Shown: positions 15,001 to 26,200 of the stretch, one piece after another
Numbering within the stretch: position 1 is the first letter of the stretch
Layout of the letters: each line of letters begins with the position of its first letter
Assembly: GCA_002633005.1 (NCBI GenBank)
Contig: NMRA01000041.1
Coordinates: 100,819-164,818, forward strand
Reading direction: 5' to 3'
DNA: 64,000 bases
From: Phoronis australis
Taxonomy: Eukaryota; Animalia; Phoronida
Made by a program: the position numbers and the translations under genes
Notes under the pieces: generated by a model
Databases searched by the model: none
What the model saw: only the letters and a program-made list of their open reading frames with translations
Told to the model about the DNA's origin: nothing

Positions 15001-18000
15001 TAAGTTAGGCACAACAGCAATGTTGATAAATTAAAACTGCAGAGAAGTGACGAACATTTTTCAGACACTGCTTAGCTGACTCTCTCACTTGCAACTTTCG
15101 CATGCTCCACAGAACGAGCACTTCTCACTCAACAGCTGCACTCTTTGTTCAAACTGAGGGCAAATTCAACTGTAGAAAACAAAAAACCTGTCACTTCAAA
15201 CATATTTTAAGTTTATAACTGAAAATCCAAAACCAACTACAGCAGGATGAGATGCAGTTTTAATTATTCTCAATCTTGGCACACCAGTCACCAGCTCTGG
15301 TGAGAAATACTCGATATCAGCACTGGAGCTGTATGACTGGTTGTGTTTGGAGCTAAAACTAAAAAAAAAATGTTTTTCTCTGCAATTAAGATTTGTGGGT
15401 AACACAGTCAATAACTTGTCATATCTTGGTTTGAACAAGCAGTTCTATGGGCCTATGTCCAGTTGCATGAAACAGTTCCAAATAGGAAATCAATCAAGTT
15501 TCCAAAATCATTCCTGAATTTGCATTGTTATTTAGTCACAGACATGATATATTTCAGTCATGTTACTTTCATTATGATCTCTTTGACTAATGGCATTTAT
15601 CTAATAATACAACAATAAACAAGAGTCGTTAGTTCAATGCAAATAAATTAGGAGAGTTGAATAAAAAATCCCTACTAATTTCCATTTATACTGAGAATTC
15701 AACATAGCATACACTCTTGATTAAATGTTGTATATAACTTAGTTGATTCCCTGGTTGGGACTGTTTTATGCAACCAAGCAATGGAAACCCAAAAGTTTTG
15801 CTTTAAAAATGACAAGAGCTAGCAGACTTGAAAGTAACGTTACTGAGCAATAGATAACATGCGGATCGAGCAATAACAATAAATACTTCTGAGCAACAGA
15901 CAACAAAAGAAATTCAACAATCTTTGTTAGGAGCTCACAATAGATTCATGCACTCACCCTGGGTTTATCGCCTTTGGTATCTGTCCAGTATTTGTGGAAC
16001 TTGACAATGTTGGCGTGCTCCAACTGGATCAGGTTGTCAAACACTTGCTTGATCTTGTCCTGAAGAAAAATATTTAATTAAACCACAGGAAGATGTTGTG
16101 CCAATAGAAAAATGTTAACTTCAAACCAGTAGATCATAGCCTCGGAAGCAGAACGTGAACTCCATCTATAAATTAATAAAATAATGAAAAAGCTAACTCA
16201 CTGTATTAAAAAATCTAAAGTTTTTAACCAAAGCACAATGTTCAGTATGAACACTGGTTTTCCATCATGCATGACTATATACATAGATTTCTAATGCAAG
16301 CCCAACTCACCCAAGGAACACAGACCTAGCCTCTGGTGAGTTGTGTCACCGTATTACTTATCCACCATTACTGGTGGTTGCATTTCAAACTTACAAAAAA
16401 CTACGGGTGGTAGGCTGAAGAAATAAATGAAAAATATGGGTGGTGGGTGCGAAAAATAGGTGCCTTCCCCCCTCCCATACAGATTTTACTGGAACAACCC
16501 TAACTGCACCACTTCACCCCTTCACAGATTATCCATTCCCCATCACTCTCCCAAGCAGACTGTTTTTCAAAGGGACTATTGAATTTCGTATTTTGATTAT
16601 AGCCAAAAGTCTGAAATCTGACTACCAATAGCCAACAGTTGATTTTTGTATCTTGCATTTCTAGAAACGTTTTGTCTTCTGTCTAGTTCAGCGGATTTCA
16701 GATTTCTGTTTTTTGACTTCCAGTTGAAGACCGACGTTCTGACTTTCATCCTTAGCATGTTTGTGAGAAACAGGCTAAGCTATCCAACCAATGACTGATT
16801 TTAGCCAAGGTCATACGACAAAAAGCAAATACACTCCCCAAGAAACAGGCCCCAGATCTTACACCTGTTGTGCCTCATAAGTCAAAGAACTGCATCCCAT
16901 TCTAGCTTTTTCCACTACTACTCTCCACAACACTTTAGGCTCTTCTAACCACAACACCCAGATCCCTCTGCTGTACGTTACAGATTTTCTCAGAGAACCA
17001 AACATCCTCACAGATCACCCTCCCTTAACCACAACGCCCAGACCACTTACTTGTTGTGCCTTAAAGTTCTTTTTCTCTGAGAATTGCACCTCATTCCAGA
17101 CCACCTCCATGCCTTCCTCTGTGTCCATAGCCAAAAAGGCACAGTCGATACCTGGCACATCACGCTGGGTAACCTGTCAAGCAAAACAATTTTAAGATGG
17201 GTGGAAAATTTTAAAAACTTAGGCGCAAAACTACATGCTTGTGAGCTCTAACCCAGACAGTCTCTTGACCCCCAAACTATCTCAAAAAGCATAGGCTCAC
17301 AGGTCATGATCAACTATTACATCAACGAATGATTCATACATGTGAAACAGCTGACTTTTCAGTTGAACACTAGACAAAATAAATGGTTTATAAATAATTC
17401 ACAAAACCCAGATTGCACATACCCAGACACCCAACTTATGAGAGACAAGTCTTTAAGGATTAGTCTAGCCAATGCCATGGCGATAATTGGGAGGGACAGT
17501 TTTAATAGACAGTTTGGACGGCACAGCGAAGACAGAAAAAGACTTCTCGTTTCAGGACAACCTCGATGAAAACATTGACAATTTTAACATTTCTTATAAG
17601 CAAATTTCATTGAAATCTATAATTTATTGTTTTAATTCGACATAAGCCGAGATCGCAAACTATTACCATCTATTTTTACCATAAATGTGACACTGACAAT
17701 TAGCAAATGCTGGCTGCCATGTTTTACAGTTTGTGTTAACCCTAGCAAATGAACTCTGATGACACGTATTCACATAATACGCAGACAAACTTCAAAACAA
17801 ACATCACGTGACAACAACATGTGCTCGTCCAGAGATTTTTCTCATGTTGTGGAGTACAATCTTGCGCAGATTTGGACTTAACATGCTTTAATTTGTTGAA
17901 TTGAAACTATACTTTTACTCAAGAATTCAAGTTGATCTATTGGCGATCGCGAGGCAGCGAGGCATCAGTCAGTCGGTGAGTTTTCGCATTGGGATTTTCT

Positions 18001-19481
18001 GAAAAATGCTCGTAATTTAATAACAAAGTTTGATAGCAATGCACTGCAATGTTGTAGAAACTCTGTCATAAGTTACAGATGAGTCACAGAGCATAAATTT
18101 GATGAATTCTAGCTGACGATTTCACCCGTTTCGGAGACCGGGTTTGACCAATTTTGGGCTATAATAAGCACCCCTCTTCCTGAACTGAATTTTTTAAGCG
18201 TCCTGGGCGCTTATTAGTGTGAAAACAGTAACTTAAAATGTTTTGTTTTCACACTGGAAGATAGCATGGGTGATTTGAATCAGAATATGAATGCCAAAAG
18301 TCGATGCTGTCAATGAAACCATGCTCCATACATTTTAAGAAGATTACTGAAGTCCTGTTACTAATATTTTTAAAGCATCACCATTATTACTTGCATGGGC
18401 ATGCCTCAGAACCATCAACGGCATGGTTCAGAGAATAATTTTGTACAAGCTTAGAGCGAGTTCTAATTAAGAAAACAATTAATTATATGGCAGTGATTAG
18501 CACTGTTTTAAATTTTATTTCACATTTGATATTTTGACATTCACATTTACTTTTTAGGTTTGAATTAGTATTCTATTTAATGCATCAATACAGGTTTTCC
18601 TGATACTCTGGAGTTCCGAATAGTTGTAGAGACAGAATAATAGTATAGACTGGAAAACTTTTAGTAATAGTAGAGACTCTATTAATAGTATAGACCCAAC
18701 ATTTTTGCCACTAGAAAAGTAGAATAATAGTATAGACTGGAAATTGTCTGAAAAATTAATAATAGTATAGAATGGAATAATGGTATAGACGGCAAATTTA
18801 TGGAAATTTGAACATAGACTGGAATAGTAATAATATTGATTACAAATTTATGTAAAATCTAATAATGATATAAAAGGGAATAATAATGCAAAACAGCAAA
18901 TTCTAAGGGATGGTACAGACGGGAAATCTGGGCGTTATTCAGTGGGAGTAACTGGTTCTCAAATCAGGGACCCATCTATGATTTATCCGACCATTATCCA
19001 GTTTACCACATTGTGGCGAATGCGGAAACATGGTGTCCGATATTCAGATTCCGCCAAAATTTACTGGTTGTGTCTTTTAAGATCAGTCAGAGTACAACAA
19101 GAATTTAAAAGAACAACCCGTAAAAATATTCTCAGTGGCGGACTACGGGCAAAAACGACTGATACATTTAGGTTGCTCTAACTGGTTCTAGGGTTGCTTA
19201 AAGTACAAACACTGTTAAAGACAACAAATGTTCAAGTTAAGTTCACTCTTGTTACGAGAACAACGCAAAGAGAACTGCTTCTGAGCACCTGCTCCGCTTA
19301 AAAATAAAACACCATTAATCCAGGCCAGAACCGAATTGACCAAACCCACCTCCTCACGTCGCTTTTGCCAACGTCCGCAGGGGCTCTCTTCCAGAACTTC
19401 CGACTCGTCCTCCGACTCGTCAGCGCTGTCAGGTCGCGGAGATTTACTCTCCGCGTCACCAGCACTTTTGCTACTTGACAT
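3211..19481 (-). CDS. NRBP1: Nuclear receptor-binding protein (NRBP/Madm pseudokinase), whole gene, 14 coding exons, 506 aa
   Basis: Exons: 19350-19481, 17051-17173, 15958-16059, 14639-14722, 14045-14085, 12890-12984, 9800-9880, 8479-8645, 8060-8192, 6957-7062, 5857-5907, 5166-5355, 3890-4009, 3211-3306 (1521 nt, all GT-AG, phases consistent). NRBP signature peptides: LEESPCGRWQKRREEV, LAMDTEEGMEVVWNEV, FITEYMSSGSLKQFLKKTKK, PPIIHGNLTCDTIFIQHNGLIKIGSVAPD, FEVHSLKLLAAH, LELEKFLEDVKNGIYPLTAF, LRMDDKMNRQL. The catalytic Lys, HRD and DFG motifs are degenerate, as expected for this pseudokinase. Confidence 0.96.
3890..4009 (-). CDS. NRBP1: NRBP exon 13 (MTILLRMDDKMNRQL...GFINK)
   Basis: TAG/GTACAA; conserved C-terminal dimerisation region. 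Confidence 0.93.
4870..4960 (+). mobile_element. HINE-like 3' end fragment
   Basis: GCGGACGCCCAGACAGAGATGACAGCAATATGCACCC..ATATGTGGGTGCATAAAAA, homologous to 40140-40265. Confidence 0.65.
5166..5355 (-). CDS. NRBP1: NRBP exon 12 (NGIYPLTAF...TPEPADVESR...)
   Basis: TAG/GTATGT. Confidence 0.93.
5857..5907 (-). CDS. NRBP1: NRBP exon 11 (LPVLELEKFLEDVK)
   Basis: CAG/GTACGT. Confidence 0.92.
6957..7062 (-). CDS. NRBP1: NRBP exon 10 (NALSENITE...VIAEIKH...)
   Basis: CAG/GTGAGT; phase fits both neighbouring exons. Confidence 0.88.
7388..7844. mobile_element. Degenerate MITE
   Basis: GGGCCGAGCAGACAGAGAGCT ... AGCTCTCAGTCTGCACAGCCT imperfect TIR. Confidence 0.45.
8060..8192 (-). CDS. NRBP1: NRBP exon 9 (DFIEACL...SLKLLAAH, BC-box region)
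   Basis: CAG/GTAAGT. Confidence 0.95.
8479..8645 (-). CDS. NRBP1: NRBP exon 8 (…AVDIYSFGMCTLEMAVLEIQGNG…)
   Basis: TAG/GTGAGT. Confidence 0.93.
9332..9428. repeat. 34-bp tandem repeat x~3
   Basis: TCAAATACTTGACCTACTTACCAGCCAACTCATC. Confidence 0.9.
9800..9880 (-). CDS. NRBP1: NRBP exon 7 (VAPDAIHQHVK...APEYG)
   Basis: CAG/GTATGT. Confidence 0.95.
10591..10982. mobile_element. Kolobok-like MITE with a duplicated left end
   Basis: TTAA at 10587-10590 and 10983-10986; TIR AAGGATA(tta)CTA.AC.CTGTTT; a 50-bp left-end unit is repeated (10587-10636, 10637-10686). Confidence 0.6.
12084..12329. mobile_element. MITE, ~245 bp, TIR CAGGGCTTGGAAT
   Basis: Perfect 13-bp TIR; homologous copies in opposite orientation at 25698-25940 and 26436-26670. 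Confidence 0.85.
12890..12984 (-). CDS. NRBP1: NRBP exon 6 (YLHSCDPPIIHGNL...IKIGS)
   Basis: CAG/GTGAGT. Confidence 0.95.
14045..14085 (-). CDS. NRBP1: NRBP exon 5 (SWKRWCTQILSALS)
   Basis: 41 nt; CAG/GTAAGT. Confidence 0.93.
14639..14722 (-). CDS. NRBP1: NRBP exon 4 (VIFITEYMSSGSLK...TLK)
   Basis: CAG/GTAAGG. Confidence 0.93.
15457..15779. mobile_element. MITE (GTTGCATGAAACAG family)
   Basis: ~50-bp imperfect TIRs; a related end at ~53105-53142. Confidence 0.6.
15958..16059 (-). CDS. NRBP1: NRBP exon 3 (DKIKQVFDNL...DKPR)
   Basis: LEHANIVKFHKYW; CAG/GTGAGT. Confidence 0.95.
17051..17173 (-). CDS. NRBP1: NRBP exon 2 (VTQRDVPGID...KAQQ)
   Basis: CAG acceptor, GTAAGT donor, conserved peptide. 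Confidence 0.95.
18630..18890. repeat. Degenerate AATAATAGTATAGACTGG repeats
   Basis: About 7 imperfect copies. Confidence 0.7.
19350..19481 (-). CDS. NRBP1: NRBP exon 1 (MSSSK...WQKRREE)
   Basis: ATG at 19481, donor GTGGGT. Confidence 0.92.
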
Positions 19482-20125
19482 GCCTCAAGACTACCGTCTT
19501 GAAAAGGAGTACCGCTCAAAATTGTTCTGTCTTGCGTTCCTAAAAATTGTTGTATTCCCGAGTATCTCTTCCCGAGTCGACCATCACAAGTGATTTGATT
19601 GGCTGAGATCTGGGTCAGACAGAGGGCAATAGAAACTGATAATTTAGGGGCAAAAATATTATTAGTTTTCTTTTTTATTTTCCTTTTTAAAAGTTTAAAA
19701 ATGATATTGAAGTATATTTTCCCCTATTTCGTATAATTTTTAAAGATTTTTAAATACCCAAATATACTTCACAATGGAGGATTTATTCTATCGAACTATT
19801 CGTTACAGTATATTTGTTTACTATTTTGTTGAGGCACATGATGTTCGAAGTATGTTTAAACATTTTCCATTAACTAACTATTGAGGCCCCCTCAATGACA
19901 AGAAGAAGTTGCCTAACTGGTGTCAGATACAACAGGCTAAGTGTCCGACTAACTATTTTGTAGATTATGCTCTTCATGGAGATTTAGCTATGCAAAACAT
20001 GACGGATATACACTATTGTTTGGTCACGTGGTTTGGACCAAGAACTTGAACCCACGTGTGCGAAATCGAAGTACGAATGGCAAGCTTCTCTCTCTAATTT
20101 ATCAAACAGTTTGTTTGTTACAGTG
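19482..20125. promoter_or_regulatory. Putative bidirectional promoter / 5' UTRs of NRBP and PPM1G
   Basis: 644 bp between divergent ATGs. NF-Y-like tcagCCAATca on the minus strand (ATTGG 19598-19602). E-boxes GTCACGTG 20023-20030 and CACGTG 20053-20058. Confidence 0.7.
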
Positions 20126-20236
20126 ATGGGTGGCTATTTAGACACACCCAAAACGGACAAAGAGTCTGAGGAATACAATGGTGAACAGTACAGTTATGGT
20201 GCTTCCTCAATGCAAGGATGGAGAATTTCACAGGAA
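20126..20236 (+). CDS. PPM1G: PPM1G exon 1
   Basis: MGGYLDTP...MQGWRISQE, donor GTGAGT. Confidence 0.95.
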
Positions 20237-23200
20237 GTGAGTGCTCGATGGATATGCCTTGGCAATGGGCATGGCATCGATATATTTTTCCGATTTTCTA
20301 CCAGCTTAGACAGTGACCATCGTCTCTAGCTGGCTCAAGAGACGATGGTCACTGTCTACTACCAGCTCTGCTAGTCAAATCAAACGAAACAGAATCCCAT
20401 TTAGTAGGATATATTAACCCTTTTGAAAAGCTTACATTTTACGATTGAAATAACATTTTCAGTTCACAGCTTCGTCTAAATTGACTATTGAGACATTGAG
20501 TAGTGTGTATTTATCAAGTTTTTGGTTAGCTATACAGTGTTGTAGGTAATTGTTTACAATATGACGACAATGACTTTGACATTTGATTTTGGTATCGTTG
20601 GATTCCTCGCACCGTCATCTTTCCAAATATATATGGATTGATCCCCTACCGCGTTTCCTCCATATTTTATCGTCGAATTTCAGTTCGCACTATTTCCCGG
20701 TGGACACCGCCATGTTAGCTCAACTCAAGATTACAGCAACACCTGCTGTTAATGAATGAAACAGCATCATTGATTCTGAATGGTGTTTGCCTGCGCGAGA
20801 TTCCAGCTAAAGTTTTCCTGACACAATATTGATGAACAAGTACAAGCATTTTACCTTTTCCATTTTTTTATAATTGTGACCATTTGACCATTTTTCAACG
20901 AAACTGTCTGAAGTGATACTCTTTTCATAAATTTGGACCTCAAAAACAACCTCCGCTGTTTTGACGGATTCTTGCTAGCAGATGCGTATATCAGGGTCAC
21001 CATAGGTTCGAATTCGAATCCTTGGTTCCGTAACTCGGGCAGGGGATAGACGGGTGTCGGTCAATTTGAACTTATGAAAAGGGACGATCTGCAAGTTGGT
21101 AGATTAGCTCAGTTTTTGACCGCCAGGTGACTCCTTCCATTCAACATGGCGGTATTACTACCGCGTACCAGGAAATGGTGCTAGAAGAAATTTCACGATA
21201 AAATACTAAGGGAACGGGGTAGGAGAAATTTCTGTGTATATTTGGAAAGATAACATTGCGAGGAATTGAACGATACCAAAATCTTATGTCTAAGTAATTG
21301 TCGTCATATTGTAAACAATTACCGTGTTGTGAAACATGCTTCTGGTGTATCGTATGTGAGCCTCTGTTAGCCACTCGCTTACGGGCAATTGCCTGTTAGC
21401 TAGTGGGTTTACAGTCCACAGATCGAGGGTCATGTATGATTCACCGGAAGCACGTTTCGCCGCAACAATGACCACCGTCTCTAGCTGGCAGTAGAGATTG
21501 TGAAGCTTCTATAGGCATTTCATACACCAGACGCTTTATGTCTCACATTGATAAAGCCTCAAAGTCACGTTGTTTTAAGTACCTTTTGCAGGTACTGGTC
21601 GGATAATATAGCGGTCCCTGATTTTGAGAGCCAGGCAATCACTGAATAACGGGCCCGTTATTAAGTGGATGAAACTGGTGCAAGCAGTACCAATTTGGGC
21701 ACCTAAGTGAAGAACTGCTCGAAAAAAGTTTGATTACAGGAGTATTAGTTCCAGTTGGAAGGAATTGAAAACATCGATGGCCTCCTATGGTGGGTAAAAG
21801 TGGCATAAACGCATCCCTCTTCAAAGTGGCTGCCGAGAACTAGTTTTCACTGAATTACGGCAATGTCTGTTATTCAGTGTTCAACTGGTTCCTGGTAGTC
21901 ATTTTGAAGAGGGATGCGTTTTCGCCACTTTTACCCTATGGTGGACCCTCTATGCGCTAAAGGTACTTATAGCAACGTGACTATTATGGTTTAATCAGTT
22001 AAGGCATAATTTACTGAAAAGCTTACGACGTATGAAAGGCCTATGGGATAGCCACCGTCTCTACTGCTAGTTGAGATGGTGGCACTCTCTATTCACCTGT
22101 TTGCTTTGTTGAAGTCCAAGTCACTCGTATGCGATCTTGAATTAAGCAAATTCCAAGTTCACGAACAGCGTCATCACCAAGTTGTAGTGGCCTTGACCTT
22201 AGGAGCGTAACACACAACCAAGAGCAGCAATTTCTTATTTATTCCTTTGTTAAGGAACTTTAAAAGTGTCTTGCAAATTATCTGTGAAATGATCCAAAAT
22301 TGACACGATTTTTAACTCATTGATAGTGTCTTATTTAATATTAAATTATAGTCAGATGCAATGTCAAAAATTTGATCTCAACGTGATTGTCTATATGTAG
22401 TTGCATAACAGTCATTAGACTAAGTATTGTGCAGTGAGCATTAAAAACAACTTTTTATTCCAGGATGCCCATAACTGCTGCCCTGATTTTGACCCCAAGA
22501 CCAACACATCATTGTTCGCTGTTTATGATGGACACGGTGGTAAGATTATGGGTCAAAGGTTACTCTAACAAGCCAGAAAAAAAAAGTTTCCAAAGGTTCA
22601 TTCATCTGCAGGTTGCCAATGCAACCTCAGATTTTGTTTGCCAACCTGGTAAAAATGCCCTGTTGTGCAACATTGCAACATGTACATGTATCCGAGTACA
22701 CAATCATAAATTGGAACCATTCGTCAAAAATTGGAAGGGTTTGGTTGTGACCATCTGTCTTGTTTGGGAAGCTTGTGCATAGTACCCCAAGAGAGGGAAA
22801 TGGGGGGAATCGGTCACCACTGATCATCCGAAGCACATTTCGCTTAAGTGAAAAGATGTTGAGTATGCCGGTGGACATTTCCTGAGTTCGTCAGCTTTTC
22901 ATTTCAGGGTCGGTTTCATGAAAGTGAATCGTGTCTTAATTTGGTCTTGCGCTCCAGTTTTCATTTCCATAAAAATAATTAAAATTCACTTAGAAAAGAA
23001 TAAAGTTTATGAGATTTGTACCCATAATTGTTACTGAGAAAAGTTGTCCAAATTATTTTCAGGCAATTGTGTGCTAATAATTGCATGACTAAACTTTTCA
23101 TGAAACAAACTCCAGGTATTTCATTTCCAGCTTTTGCCTATGAGGTTTGGTGACCTCAGTTGTCAACCGTAGAATTTTGCGAGGTTGCAAGTGACAAGTT

Positions 23201-26200
23201 GTACTAACTTTCCAGCCTTGATCTGAAGGATTGTGATTGTTGTAACACCCTTGTTAGTGCTATGCACTTTCAAAACAACGAATCTTCAAGCTAATATGAT
23301 GCGCGTAAGTTTTGCTTTACATGTTCTTACGTAGACCTAACTGTGTTAATGATTGTGCTTCCGGGTAATTGGTCTGTTTACAATTGCTGTTTCAGGGTCA
23401 GAGGTGGCAGAATACTGCGCTGTGCATCTCCCTAATTTCGTCAAGGGCACTGACCTGTACGGTCGAGGCCAGCTGGCGGAGGCCCTGGAACACTCATTTT
23501 TAGCATTTGACGAAAAGTTGCTTGAAGAACATGTGATCGCAGAAATGAAAGTCCTCCGTGGAGACGAAAATGACACAGAGGAAGAAGACGGTAAAATGAT
23601 TGTTGTTATGAATGACTTGATATTGTTTGTAGAAGGAATGGATTGTTCCAACAAACACAGTCTGATTATGCCCGCCATAGTTACTGTTGCAGAGTCCCAC
23701 AAGCACAAAGAAAATGGCAGAATTTCCCTCCAAGTTTGCGTGAAAAACAGATTCTTTTCAATGTGTTCCCGATATCATTTCCCTGAAACTGCTGTCATAA
23801 AACATCCGGCAAAAAAACAACTGCTATGTACACAGTGGTATATTGATGATTCCAAGTCTTTGAGTCCATTCATAGATTACTCAAAATGTTTGGTACGGGA
23901 TTACCTGCATAGTTGCTTTAAAGTAAGAAAATGTTTGTGAAAAGTGACAAAGTTGAATTTATTTGTCCTTTGTTACTCTGATGTATATTCCTGGGTGTAT
24001 ATTTTGTTTATTTGCTTTGATATCTCACAAGTCCTTCTTGTCCGTTCTCCATAAATAGTTGCAATGCATAGTAAGTGTTCTAAGCTCGTGCAAGACCATC
24101 TTTCTACTTTTGTTAGCATTGAATGCTTGTGGCACGGGTGACGCTTGTCATGTTTGTTCTTCCATGCCCTTTATGGCGGGAACAATAGCTTGATTGACAT
24201 GCAGAAATGTTCACCATGCATGTGCAGTCTCTTTTTGGAATCGCGTAAATTATTCATTTGATCCTATATTGACCCAAAAACTTGGGTGCCACTTCCAAAT
24301 TGATGGGCTGTTTTGGAAACGTGAATTCATTGTGTCAAAAACTTGGTTATATTTGTGTATTCTGCAATGTAATGCTAAAAAGTAAATGTTTTTAAGTTAA
24401 GCAACTAGTATGGATTTTGACCTGTCCATTTGACCTTTGTTGTAGCCAATGAAATGGATCTATTGGAAGAAGAGAGTGACATGCCCTTGGAACAGCTTAT
24501 GATGCGCTACGGTGGCGTCAAAAAAGTCTCCACCTCTGTCTGCCAGCCATCACCTGCACTTAAACCTAAAGTGTCACCTAAAAATGATGATACAAAGGGG
24601 AGTGATCCAGTTAAAGTGGACCTGGTTAGGGAACTCACTAACGGTCACACACAGACAGAGACTGGAGTATGTGGTGACTGTGTTAATTCAAATTCTGAGG
24701 AGAAGGATGGTGACAGTGACTCAACTGGAATAAGTAAAAGCCACACTGCTAAATGGAATGGCGGGTGCGGTGAAAAAGAAAGCCAGAATTGTGAGGGTGA
24801 AAATGGCACGGACTGTAAAGCAAGTGAACATGGCTGCGAAAACAATGTACCAGAGCGAACAAAAAGTAATGAGGGTGGTTTACATGGAGACAAAGCATCA
24901 ATGGCTACAGGTGAAAACTGCAAGGAGAAATCTCATTGCTGTAATCGGGATGAGGAAACACATAGTTCTGAGGTAATTAGGTAGAAGGAACCATTTACTG
25001 GTGTTGGTGCATAGCAGCGGGCTTTGTCACCAATGGCGACATTACAATTTTCCTGAAGTTCGAAGTTGTGCAAATAATTAGGCAAGAAGTCGTGGTTTCA
25101 CTGCAGTTACTGAAAGTGCGTGTAGAAGGCAATTAGGAAGTCTCTGGTCAATAGGCAAATCTGTTATTTTCTTAGCAATGTCAAAATTGCTAATATTCTG
25201 TGCAATCATATGCAAAAGTAATTGTGGGCGAATTGGCTCATTTAAATGTCTAGGCTTCCATAGGGAGGCAGATTTGCTGTTTGTCTTTGCATAAGAAGGC
25301 AGATTGGACATCTTACTAGCGTTTTCATTGTCAAAAAATGGTAGATCAGACATCTGTCTTCTGATCTGACCCAGTGTGGGTGCTATATGATATATGTTCT
25401 CGTACACAAAATCACGTATTTGTGAATATGTTGAGTTCAAGTTAGAGAATATGTGTTTTGGATTGTCCGAGTGTGATGTTATGCTCTCCAGAATGGCGAG
25501 CTGCGTCTCGTCAGTTTGTCTCGTGAACTTTTAGTGAAGAGTGTTTTCCATGTAGCCGTGACCCGCATGGGTGACAACTGTTGCTACCAAGGTGTTTAAA
25601 GTGATAATTGTGTGTCAAAGTGACTTGGGTGACCAAGCCAATGTGCTGAAGTACCTGTGGACAAAGGAGTTACTCACTCTCATATCTGACCTACTAACAC
25701 GGCTTGGAATTTTCCTGTTTTAAGAGGATTTCCTCATTTCTGGTTTCGATTTCCTCTCATTTGGTTTCCAGTTTCCTCTTTTTTGTCTCTTTTTTATCAT
25801 TATTTTGACTTCATTCATGCAAAAATATTTCTTGCAGTTAAATTTTACATCACAAAAAGTATTTATATCGCATCAGCTTATTTGTAGAATATGTCATCTG
25901 GAAAATTTTCCTCTTTTGTCATTGGTCATTCGAAGCCCTGACTTAGTTAGAGAGGGACTCCACCTGGTGTGTGTATTTATCACCAGTCACTCCATATTTT
26001 TGACATTAATTTGAAATACTTGAAAGTGTCAAAAATCAGTTTTAAGTAGTTTGTTTGGTGGCATGTGCTCTGCGCCGATTCTGTGTATTTCAGAGCTTCA
26101 TACATTGAATTGGGCTGAGTGAACGTTGTGTTTGAATGCAGGTGCAGTCTTGTGTGGAATGGCCGAATCTTTGCTGAAGACTATGAAGAATATAGTCAGA

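Noticed and set aside
20995-21060. GGTTCGAATTCGAATCC (tRNA B-box-like) and CCGTAACTCGGG (28S-like) words
   Set aside because: No cloverleaf or extended rRNA similarity; short chance matches.
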